This document shows positions 39,794 to 47,969 of a DNA stretch of 64,000 nt, one piece after another; position 1 is the stretch's first letter; every line of letters starts with the position of its first letter. Origin of the DNA: Desulfovirgula sp. (lineage in GTDB: Bacteria; Bacillota; Desulfotomaculia; Desulfotomaculales; Desulfovirgulaceae); assembly GCA_020725525.1 (NCBI GenBank), contig DYEX01000155.1, positions 4,328 through 68,327 of the forward strand, read 5' to 3'. Below the pieces are notes generated by a model. It had not been told where the DNA came from and ran no database searches. It saw nothing but the letters and a program-made list of their open reading frames with translations. The translations under genes and the position numbers were made by a program.

Positions 39794-41551
39794 TTATGGC
39801 CGGTAACGATCTCCAGGGATTATCTGTTCGTATGGCCTGGTAAATACTTCTATCTCGCCGGTTTGCGGGTTACGCCGGGAGTTGACGAAGCAATCGAAAC
39901 GGGTATCATCCCGCTCGGGGAAGTCCACCCTGTTCTGCCAGCCCGGCCAGCGGGTTTCCTCACGGAACAACAGGTGATGTACCAGCACTTCCGCTACATC
40001 CAGCCGGTCAATTATTTCATGAGCTTCCATTAGCTCGTGTAAATCGTGGGCTACAAGATACCTGGTTTGATCCTTCAAAATAGCCAGGTGTTTCAGGGCA
40101 TATTCCAGTCTTTCCCGGTTCATCCGGTAAAACTGGTGCACACCACCTGCATATTCGTCCATAAGCCGCTGGAGGCGTTCCTCCATTTCCCGCGGGATAA
40201 CACCATCCCCTTCCCGAACCTGCCTGATGGCCGGCGCATAAACCCGCGCCTTTTCCGCTGCCACAAGAGACTCATCCACCTGACCCCTGTCTGCCAGGGA
40301 TCCCAGGTATTCGATAGCCCCCCGGGCCGCCAGCATTCCTTCGGCAGCACAACCGCCGACAAACTTGTTCGGTACCCCACCGGCCACATCGCCGCAGGCA
40401 AAAAGACCGGGCAGGGTGGTAGCACGCTTAACATCAATCCAGTACCCGCTGGCCGTATGGCCTCCCACGATGTAGGGGTCGCTACCGTAGACCTCAATGG
40501 GCTCCCTGGTAATGTCCTGACCGCGGGCAGCCAGGAAGAGTACAAAGCTGGGACGCTCATTCAAATAATCTATTTTCAGGGTCTTGACCTGTTCCGGAGT
40601 CATATGACGGGTATCCACATAACAGGGACCCCTGCCGGCCAGCCATTCTTCCATCGGTGCGTTGGCCCGCACGAAACGAGGAGAAGCGTCACCGCCCATG
40701 TGAGCATACCGTTTGGCTAAAATTTTCTCCCCTTTGGCGTTAATCATAGGCGCTTTATAACCTACCGAAATGGTGTCAATGGGCCCGTTAAAATCCTTAG
40801 TACGCACAGCGCACCAGCGCATCTCGAAGGTGGTCATTTCCGCACCGGCCCGAATACCCATGGCATAACCGGTACCCACGTTAAAGGGGCAATACCAGAT
40901 CTGGTGGTGGCTATCAACGCCATCGTTGGTATAGGGTTTATATAGCCCGGCTGCTCCTCCGGTGGCCACAATGGTCGCTCCGGCTTTAATAATATAGAAC
41001 TTGCCGTCCCGGACACCAAACCCCATGGCGCCGATAACGCGGTCACCATCGAGGAGATAATTGGTGGCCACCACCCGGTTTAAAACTTCGCAGCCGTATT
41101 CCCGCACCTTCTCGGCCAGGATCACCTTCATCTCTGAACCCTGGATGGCAATATCCCAGCGCCCCCGGGCCAGGTATTCCCCGTTTTCGTCCTTTTTAAT
41201 GGGCAGGCCCCACTCTTCCCATTCTTCAATGGCCTGATTTAAAAGTTCGGCCATGGTAATGGTCAGGTCTTCCCGCAGGAGACCTCCTGCCTGGGCGCGG
41301 CTCCAGCGAACCAGGTTTTCCACGGTTTCGTTTTTCTTAATGTAAGTATTGATGGCATCCATGCCTGAGGCCAGGCAGCCGCTGCGATCGATGTGGGCTT
41401 TTTCCATCAGGGTGACCCGCAGATCGGGACGACGGCGCTTGGCCTCAATGGCAGCATAGCAGCCGGCGTTACCGGCACCGATAATCAAAATGTCAGTCTC
41501 AAGCCTTACCTCTCCCACCTCTTCAAGTTTCGCAGGCAGTTTTGCAGCCAT
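39794..41551 (-). CDS. aprA: Adenylylsulfate reductase alpha-like flavoprotein (divergent lineage)
   Basis: IIGAGNAG, RSGCLASGMDAIN, IWYCPFN, VRTKDFNGP, VGGH, LFACGD, REETRWPG. Confidence 0.85.
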   Translation of the reverse strand: MAAKLPAKLEEVGEVRLETDILIIGAGNAGCYAAIEAKRRRPDLRVTLMEKAHIDRSGCLASGMDAINTYIKKNETVENLVRWSRAQAGGLLREDLTITMAELLNQAIEEWEEWGLPIKKDENGEYLARGRWDIAIQGSEMKVILAEKVREYGCEVLNRVVATNYLLDGDRVIGAMGFGVRDGKFYIIKAGATIVATGGAAGLYKPYTNDGVDSHHQIWYCPFNVGTGYAMGIRAGAEMTTFEMRWCAVRTKDFNGPIDTISVGYKAPMINAKGEKILAKRYAHMGGDASPRFVRANAPMEEWLAGRGPCYVDTRHMTPEQVKTLKIDYLNERPSFVLFLAARGQDITREPIEVYGSDPYIVGGHTASGYWIDVKRATTLPGLFACGDVAGGVPNKFVGGCAAEGMLAARGAIEYLGSLADRGQVDESLVAAEKARVYAPAIRQVREGDGVIPREMEERLQRLMDEYAGGVHQFYRMNRERLEYALKHLAILKDQTRYLVAHDLHELMEAHEIIDRLDVAEVLVHHLLFREETRWPGWQNRVDFPERDDTRFDCFVNSRRNPQTGEIEVFTRPYEQIIPGDRYRP

Positions 41552-41624
41552 ATTCTAAAACCTCCCCAAATCAATCTTTATTTGATAACTCCTTACAACT
41601 AACTGAACTTAAACCCGGGTTTCA

Positions 41625-43133
41625 TCACCTCCATGTGACATACCCGCCCCAAACGGGTAAGCCGTTAACAGCATACCAGGGCATCATAACCAGCACAAAG
41701 TAAAGGAGAGTTGCCACCATGATCGGTATTCCTACTCTGGCGTAGGTCTTCGTGTCAAAAGTTCCCGTCCCGTAAGCAATCACACAGGCGGTTACCTGAG
41801 TGGGAACAAGGAAGGAGAAGGTGTCAAAATTCGCCACCAGCAAAGTAAAGGCTACCGGGTTTAAGTTAAGTACCCTGGACAGGGATATCAGTATCGGCGC
41901 CAGCATGGATACCGCAGCCACGTTGCTGAGCATAAATATCCTGACAAATGCGGTGAGCACGATGAAACCGACCACGATAACCAGGAAATGCTGTCCTTTA
42001 AAGTACATTCCGGCATACCCGGCAATCCACTCCGAAAGACCCGTAGCACTGATTGCGCTGGCCAAAGATAGTGCTCCGGCCAACAAAAGCCACGTTCCCC
42101 AAATGGTTTTGTTCTGTAACGTTTTCCATGGAGTGGGCAGCAACCCGGGTATAAAGAAAATTCCCAGGGCAATTAAGGTGGCCAGGCCTGTCTTTATCTT
42201 GTGCTGTGGTTCTGTGATCCAGAGCAGAACCGCAACAGCAAAGATTGCCAGTACAAGCCATTCTATAAAGCTCATTTTACCCATGTTTTTCTTCTCACAC
42301 TGAATGAAATCAGTTCCGCCGGGCACTGAGATTCCGCCCACATTCAACTGCTTCCTTATGATCAGAAACATAACAGGGAGCAGGCCTATAATCGGCCAGT
42401 GCAACCAGAACCACCTGGCATAATTTAACTGATACCCCAGCTCTTTTTCGAATAGACCGGCCATTATCACGTTGGGCATGTGGGCAGTGAGAAGCAGAAT
42501 TCCACCAACCATGGGGAAATAACACAGACCCGTTATAGCCAGTGCTCCCCTGGCCCTCCTGCCTTCAGGGGTTTCTTCAAACAATTCCATGATGCCCTTG
42601 ACAATGGGCAGGAGCACAGCCGACCTGGAAACCGCCGCCGGGATGATCAAGCTTAAAGCAATATTTACAGCCATTAACCCTTTGATCACCTGGTCAACGC
42701 GCGGCTTAACCCTGCTCAGTACGGCCAGGGCAATCCTTCTATCGAGACCGGTGCTCTGCATGATGGCGGCAAAAATGAAGGAACCCAGAACCAAAAAGGA
42801 TACGTCCTGACTAAAACCCCCAAAGGCCTGGGGAATTTTTTTCTGAGCACCAGTTAACACCAAAAGGAGCGGAATGAGCAGTCCCGTCACTCCAACCGGC
42901 ATTGCTTCGGTAATCCACATAATGACGGCCCAGACGGCTACCGCAGCCGCTGCCAATCCCGCAGGCTTTAACCCCGGCGGAACGGGTAAGGAAAGAATGA
43001 TGAAAAAGGCGATCCACGCTGCCACAAAACCAGGAAAAGCCGTGTTTGGATCCAGTCCTGCCTTTCTGGCATTCTCGACCATAAATCCGGGTACGAACCG
43101 TATGTACCACTTCAGATCGCCATTACCCCGCAT
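41625..43133 (-). CDS. DASS/SLC13 family anion permease
   Basis: MWITEAMPVGVT, TGLDRRIA, IIPAAVSRSA, TAHMPN, MLSNVAA, VPTQVTA, many TM segments. Confidence 0.88.
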   Translation of the reverse strand: MRGNGDLKWYIRFVPGFMVENARKAGLDPNTAFPGFVAAWIAFFIILSLPVPPGLKPAGLAAAAVAVWAVIMWITEAMPVGVTGLLIPLLLVLTGAQKKIPQAFGGFSQDVSFLVLGSFIFAAIMQSTGLDRRIALAVLSRVKPRVDQVIKGLMAVNIALSLIIPAAVSRSAVLLPIVKGIMELFEETPEGRRARGALAITGLCYFPMVGGILLLTAHMPNVIMAGLFEKELGYQLNYARWFWLHWPIIGLLPVMFLIIRKQLNVGGISVPGGTDFIQCEKKNMGKMSFIEWLVLAIFAVAVLLWITEPQHKIKTGLATLIALGIFFIPGLLPTPWKTLQNKTIWGTWLLLAGALSLASAISATGLSEWIAGYAGMYFKGQHFLVIVVGFIVLTAFVRIFMLSNVAAVSMLAPILISLSRVLNLNPVAFTLLVANFDTFSFLVPTQVTACVIAYGTGTFDTKTYARVGIPIMVATLLYFVLVMMPWYAVNGLPVWGGYVTWR

Positions 43134-43348
43134 AAAGTCCCCTCCACTTTTCCAGGTGAAAATTCTTCCTTAATAGCAGTTTGCTCACCATTTAAACCTT
43201 TTCTTTTGTCGCAGTACTTTATTTACTTTCTTTTAGTTCATAAAAAGCTTTCACCCCCTTTTTTTTTGCACAGCTTTATTCAGCAAATACTTATGGCCAA
43301 TATAACAGAAACTTTTAAAACCTGCAGTTTCCTAACATACTGAAGATT

Positions 43349-43364
43349 TGTTATCTTGCTTACA
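43349..43364. promoter_or_regulatory. Putative Crp/Fnr-type operator upstream of the DASS-apr operon
   Basis: TGTTA-N6-TTACA, about 45 bp upstream of an extended -10 (TGtTATATT, 43299-43307, minus strand). Confidence 0.5.
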
Positions 43365-43374
43365 AAAAAAATAA

Positions 43375-43394
43375 AACCCAGTCGAAACTGGGTT
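43375..43394 (-). terminator. Terminator after the Crp/Fnr gene
   Basis: AACCCAGT-ttcg-ACTGGGTT, followed by TTATTTTTTTT on minus strand. Confidence 0.7.
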
Positions 43395-43420
43395 ACTCTT
43401 TAATCTATTTAATAATCTAT

Positions 43421-44083
43421 TTAATCTATCCACTTAAGTAATTTTGCAGGTCGAATTTTTTTGATTTCACGCCCTTCCACGGTAATGGCCCCTTCTTGTT
43501 TAAATGTGTTTAAAAGGGTGGTAACAGTGGGACGAGAAGTGCCAATCATGCATGCAATTTCCTCATGGGTGAGGCGCAGGTTGATTTCTACCAGTTCCAT
43601 TTTTCCTGTTGTGTCTGTGCGTTCGGCCAGTTTAAGGAGCAGAAGAGCCAGCCGTCCTGCAACGGGCCAGGAAACAATTTCGTATATGGTGTTTTGGGCT
43701 TCCCGGATTCTCTTCCCCAGTATTTGCGCTATTTTTACCGCCAGGGCAGGTTTTGAGGTGAGGAGTTTAAGAAAGTCATCTCGTTTGAACACCAAAATAT
43801 TTACATCTTCCACGGCCTCGGCAAAACAGATACGCTCCATGCCGCACAAAGCCTCGGCCAGGCCAACAAATTCTCCGGGATGACGTAAAGCCACAGTAAC
43901 CCGGCGGCCGTCTCCGGCCAGGTAGTAAATTTTAATTAGCCCCTTCTGAACGAAATAAACCCTGTCTGCAACTTCCCCAGAGGAAAAAATTAATTGACCC
44001 CGGGGATAATCAATAGCCGTACCGTGACCCTTTAACTGCTCTTTTAACTGCTCATCCTCCAATCCTGCTTTTTTAACCTTCAT
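43421..44083 (-). CDS. Crp/Fnr family transcriptional regulator
   Basis: cNMP-binding fold (GQLIFSSGE, GEFVGL) and HTH LTHEEIACMIGTSRPTVTTLL. Confidence 0.93.
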   Translation of the reverse strand: MKVKKAGLEDEQLKEQLKGHGTAIDYPRGQLIFSSGEVADRVYFVQKGLIKIYYLAGDGRRVTVALRHPGEFVGLAEALCGMERICFAEAVEDVNILVFKRDDFLKLLTSKPALAVKIAQILGKRIREAQNTIYEIVSWPVAGRLALLLLKLAERTDTTGKMELVEINLRLTHEEIACMIGTSRPTVTTLLNTFKQEGAITVEGREIKKIRPAKLLKWID

Positions 44084-44108
44084 TACCTCTCCTCCACCAG
44101 ATAAATAA

Positions 44109-44124
44109 TGTCAGGTAATTGACA
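44109..44124. promoter_or_regulatory. Perfect Crp/Fnr-type palindrome upstream of the regulator gene
   Basis: TGTCA-ggtaat-TGACA. Confidence 0.55.
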
Positions 44125-44166
44125 ATTCACCTGCCACCTACCGGACAGCATAAACACCCTTATTTA

Positions 44167-44182
44167 TGTCATAATGTTTACT
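44167..44182. promoter_or_regulatory. Second, imperfect Crp/Fnr-type site
   Basis: TGTCA-taatgt-TTACT. Confidence 0.4.
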
Positions 44183-44329
44183 GTCCTGATGAAGCTTTTC
44201 CCGGTGAAAGGTAGTAGTTTGCTTATTACTTATTATTATTGTATCATTTTTTTCGTGTTTTGCTACCGGTAACTGTTGCTGTTTCCCAAGTTGGGCACGG
44301 GCTGCCACGTAGCTCCCTGGAAATGGTTT

Positions 44330-44725
44330 CTATCGCCTTGACCAGGCCCTTGTGATTGGAGGCAGAGGCCGTGCCCCAGAGGATTCCCAACACGTAGGCC
44401 CCGCCGCCCTTTGAAATACAGCGGCGGTCTTTTTGCACCTGGGGAGAAAATGACCGCACGCCTGTGCGTTCGGGTTGCCGCGGGAAAGCACTTTAAGGAG
44501 TCCCTCCTTCCCAGCCGATTTCATAACTTCCACAGCGTACAGGGTTTCCGGAACGGACTTTTCAAGGGTGCCATACCCGGGCAAGCCGACCACGCAACCC
44601 CACCGCACTTCTTCTCTCCCTTGGATTTTGATCAGGAATCGGCAGTCAGCACACCGCCTTATGGCCCTCTCCCGCATTTCCGGCAGGATGATGCGTTGGC
44701 CCTCCCACAGCCGGTTATCCCGCAT
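44330..44725 (-). CDS. YolD-like N-terminus fused to a Cys-rich region; DinB accessory candidate
   Basis: MRDNRLWEGQRIILPEMRE, then CADCRF...C...CGHF; start overlaps dinB stop. Confidence 0.55.
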   Translation of the reverse strand: MRDNRLWEGQRIILPEMRERAIRRCADCRFLIKIQGREEVRWGCVVGLPGYGTLEKSVPETLYAVEVMKSAGKEGLLKVLSRGNPNAQACGHFLPRCKKTAAVFQRAAGPTCWESSGARPLPPITRAWSRR

Positions 44726-45902
44726 ACCGCACACCCGCCTCAGTAAGGGAGGACGCCCTGAAAATTGCTCTCTCCCCGAACCTGTTCCGGATATAGTCGC
44801 AGGCTCGCTCGGCCCTGCCCCACTTTTCTCTTTCCCCGAAGAGGGTGAGCTGTTCCGCAGGCTTCAGGATCAGCCCGGCAAGGGTCACCCCCACCATGCG
44901 CACGGGCCAGCCCTCCGGCCAGTGCCGCGCCAGAAGGTCCACCGCCGCCCGGTAGATATCCGCGGCCAGGTCGGTGTGCGCGCGAAGGGTTTTCATGCGC
45001 GATAAATACGCAAAGCTGGCGTCCTTCAGGGAGAGCACCACAGTTTTGCCCGCGTACCCCCCGCTCCTTACCCTTTCGGCCACCTTCTCGACCAGCTCCA
45101 GGATGACCACCTTTATCTCCGCAAACCGGCGGTAGTCCCTGGGCAGGGTTATCTGCTGGCCGACGCTCTTGACCCTGTCCAGCGAATGGGGGTCGACGGG
45201 GCTTTCATCAATGCCGTTGGCGCACCGCCATAGAACCTCGCCGTAGACCCCGAACCGCATCTTTAGAATTTTCACCGGGAAGTTGGCAAGATCACCAATG
45301 GTATGGATGTTGAGCAACCTTAAGTGCCGCTCGTACCTGGGACCGACACCGAAAAGTTCCCTCACCGGCAGGGGCCACAGGCGGGCGGACACGTCTTCGT
45401 AGCCCAGGACCGTCAGGCCGTCCGGTTTCTGGAGTTCCGCTGCCATCTTGGCCAGGAGCTTGTTCGGCCCTATACCGATGCTGCACGTCACACCCACTTC
45501 ATCCCGTATGCGTTTTTTGAGGGCCAGGGCAATTTCCACCGGTGAACCGAAGAGCTTATGGCAGCCGGTGACGTCCAAAAAGGCTTCATCAATGGAAAAC
45601 GGCTCCACCAGAGGCGTGAAGTCCCGCATGATGCCCAGGATGCGGGTGGAAAAATTCACGTAGAGGTTGTGCTGGGGCTTCAAAAAGACGCCCTCGGGGC
45701 ACAGCTTCCGCGCTTCGTACACGGTTATGCCCGTCTTCACGCCCCTGGCCTTGGCCTCGTAGCTGGCCGCCAGCACCACCCCGTGGCGCTTTGCCGGGTC
45801 GCCGCCAACAATGACCGGTCTGCCTTTCAAAGCGGGGTCCAGCGCCTGGTGGACGCTGGCAAAAAAGGAGTTCATGTCGGCAAGGAGGATGGCCCTCTCC
45901 AA
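44715..45902 (-). CDS. dinB: Y-family DNA polymerase IV (DinB/UvrX-like)
   Basis: LADMNSFFASV, VLAASYEAK, FSIDEAFLD, SIGIGPNKLLAKMA, VGQQITL; TTG start at 45902. Confidence 0.93.
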   Translation of the reverse strand: MERAILLADMNSFFASVHQALDPALKGRPVIVGGDPAKRHGVVLAASYEAKARGVKTGITVYEARKLCPEGVFLKPQHNLYVNFSTRILGIMRDFTPLVEPFSIDEAFLDVTGCHKLFGSPVEIALALKKRIRDEVGVTCSIGIGPNKLLAKMAAELQKPDGLTVLGYEDVSARLWPLPVRELFGVGPRYERHLRLLNIHTIGDLANFPVKILKMRFGVYGEVLWRCANGIDESPVDPHSLDRVKSVGQQITLPRDYRRFAEIKVVILELVEKVAERVRSGGYAGKTVVLSLKDASFAYLSRMKTLRAHTDLAADIYRAAVDLLARHWPEGWPVRMVGVTLAGLILKPAEQLTLFGEREKWGRAERACDYIRNRFGERAIFRASSLTEAGVRYAG

Positions 45903-45922
45903 AACGAAAACCCCCCTGGACA

Positions 45923-45969
45923 AAACGGGTGTTTGGTATCATCTTAACCAAACACGCGTTCTTTGTCAA
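45923..45969 (-). promoter_or_regulatory. sigmaA promoter with two LexA (Cheo-type) SOS boxes
   Basis: TTGACA-N17-TAAGAT; GAAC-gcgt-GTTT (45950-45961) and AAAC-N4-GTTT (45923-45934). Confidence 0.72.
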
Positions 45970-46069
45970 GGGGGATTTCTAATACCTGCGGAGGAGCGAC
46001 ACGACTTTGCCCGAAATTTCCACGACCTCCCGGGGCTGTGTCAGCCCAGGGGCGGAGGTAAACAGTGCT

Positions 46070-46639
46070 CTACGGCCTGGGAATAATCACCACATCCTGT
46101 TCCGCCACCCCCGTTCCCCGGGACACCAGTTCGGCAATGCGGGTGGCCTCCTCGGGGGAGATGCGGGCCGCCTGGACTACCACGGTGGCACCCCGGTCAT
46201 CCAGACAGACGGCTGCATCCTTGAAGCCCTTGGCCCGGAGCAGATTTTCCACTTCAACTTCCCGGGCCATGCTCTGGCTGATGGCCAGCAGCCGCTCCTG
46301 GGCGGTCCTGCGGGTTTCGGCCGCCGCCTGGGGGTTGTTGATAATTTCCCGGAGCAGTTCCAGTTGCTGGCCCCGGGTACGTTCCCGGTCCAGGCGATAC
46401 TCCACGAAAAAGGCCGCTCCATCCCGGGACACATCCTGAACCTGCCGGGGCGACTCCGGCACAGTTCCCGCTGCTGTCCCCCGGGCGGCAGGCATATTAT
46501 TTGCGGACACCGGTGCACCGTCATCCTGCCGTTCCATCTGTCCGGGAGCACCCTGCCAGCCCAGAACAAGCAATGTTAGTCCCAGCAAACCCAGCAAGAA
46601 GGCCAGAAGGATTCGTTTCTGGATCAGGATGGTATGCAT
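46070..46639 (-). CDS. spoIIIAH: Stage III sporulation protein AH
   Basis: FFVEYRLDRERTRGQ, EVENLLRAKGF; last gene of the spoIIIA operon. Confidence 0.93.
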   Translation of the reverse strand: MHTILIQKRILLAFLLGLLGLTLLVLGWQGAPGQMERQDDGAPVSANNMPAARGTAAGTVPESPRQVQDVSRDGAAFFVEYRLDRERTRGQQLELLREIINNPQAAAETRRTAQERLLAISQSMAREVEVENLLRAKGFKDAAVCLDDRGATVVVQAARISPEEATRIAELVSRGTGVAEQDVVIIPRP

Positions 46640-47284
46640 TTAAATCTCTCCCCTTTCCCGCGGTAATACCAGGATTTTTTGCGGTTCAATGCCCAGGGCC
46701 ACCTGCACGGCCTGGAAAAGCCGGGCCTTCACCAGGGGATCCCGGGCTCCATCGGCCACCACCAGCACTCCCGCCACCCGGGCGGAAATTTCCTGTTCCA
46801 CCACCGGTATTTCCCCCTGGCCGGAACGGATTAAAACCAGCTGGTCGCTACCGGTATCTTCACTGGTTACCCTGGTCCCCCCCGCCTGGTCCTTTTCCTG
46901 GGTGGTTTTGCGCCCGGTGGTGGTGTTCACGGCATATTCCTCCCGGCTGGAACTGGCCAGGCGCACCGTTACCTTCACCTTACCGGCCCCCTCTACTTGT
47001 CCAAGCATTTCCCGCAGCTTTTCCTCCAGGGCTGCTTCCTGGCGGGCCATATTCGAGTCGCCCGGTTGCTTGGCCAGGCTCTCCTGGGGGGGATGGTTCC
47101 CTTCATTCACCGGCGGTTTTCCTTTTGCCGGAAAGCTTACACTCCCCAAAAGGAGCAGGACTACCCCCAGGGCAACCAGGCCGCCCAGTACCCCGAGCTG
47201 GCGCCGCGTCATTTTCGGAGGGAGATCCCCTTCCTCCCGGTTTCCAAGAAATTTCTTCCATGCATCCCAGATAGACACCTTCAC
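46640..47284 (-). CDS. spoIIIAG: Stage III sporulation protein AG
   Basis: LGQVEGAGKVKVTV, GVLVVADGA. Confidence 0.92.
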   Translation of the reverse strand: MKVSIWDAWKKFLGNREEGDLPPKMTRRQLGVLGGLVALGVVLLLLGSVSFPAKGKPPVNEGNHPPQESLAKQPGDSNMARQEAALEEKLREMLGQVEGAGKVKVTVRLASSSREEYAVNTTTGRKTTQEKDQAGGTRVTSEDTGSDQLVLIRSGQGEIPVVEQEISARVAGVLVVADGARDPLVKARLFQAVQVALGIEPQKILVLPRERGEI

Positions 47285-47298
47285 CGACCTCCCTGAGA

Positions 47299-47955
47299 TT
47301 AACTCACCCAGTGCACCTTAACCTGTTCAGGCGAAAGGTTATAGAAATTGGCTACCGTTTTGGCCAGCTGTCCCGCCGCCCTTTCCGCCTCCGGCCCTGG
47401 TTTCAAACCCGTAACATCATTCCCTGATAGACCCCGGCCGCCCACATCAATGGTTACCGGGTCCACTAAAGGGTCATCCCGCCCGGCCCCCTTTTCCCGG
47501 GTACCAGGGGAGGCCGCGGCCAGTAAAAGTAGAACCTCCCGGATTTGTCCAAAACGCCTGTCCTGGGGATCACTATAAACTTCCACCTGTGCTTTTACCA
47601 GCTGTACCTCCTTGTTTAAACCTGCCAGGGCGGCGATCTGGCGGGAGAGGCCCTGCCGGTACTCTTCCAGGGCTTTCTGCTGGTGCCCGTCTTTTAAACG
47701 CTGCCCGGCCGCCATAATATCCGTCAAATCCGGGACTCCTGAAGGAGTACCGGTTAAAGCCGGTTCCGGCAGGTCGTGCTGCCATTCCCCCCGCACCACC
47801 CCCCCTATAGCCTGCAAAACCACCACGATAATTAACAGTCCCATAACCATTTTCACATAGCGCCGCATGTCGCCGGCCGGCAGCAGCATTTCCAGAAAAA
47901 CCGCCAGGACTACGATAATAATCAGGTTCTGGACCAGGTTACGGACGAGCTCCAC
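47299..47955 (-). CDS. spoIIIAF: Stage III sporulation protein AF
   Basis: FLEMLLPAGDMRRYVKMVMGL. Confidence 0.92.
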   Translation of the reverse strand: MELVRNLVQNLIIIVVLAVFLEMLLPAGDMRRYVKMVMGLLIIVVVLQAIGGVVRGEWQHDLPEPALTGTPSGVPDLTDIMAAGQRLKDGHQQKALEEYRQGLSRQIAALAGLNKEVQLVKAQVEVYSDPQDRRFGQIREVLLLLAAASPGTREKGAGRDDPLVDPVTIDVGGRGLSGNDVTGLKPGPEAERAAGQLAKTVANFYNLSPEQVKVHWVS

Positions 47956-47969
47956 ATCATCCCTCCCCC

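Noticed and set aside
36684-41551. Selenocysteine (in-frame TGA) in HdrA/MvhD, HdrC or AprA
   Set aside because: All ORFs are open with Cys at the motif positions; no read-through is needed.
44244-44459. LAGLIDADG-like fragment (AYVLGILWG) in a short minus-strand ORF
   Set aside because: Only one short motif, no DG, no RBS, overlaps the YolD-like ORF; insufficient for a call.
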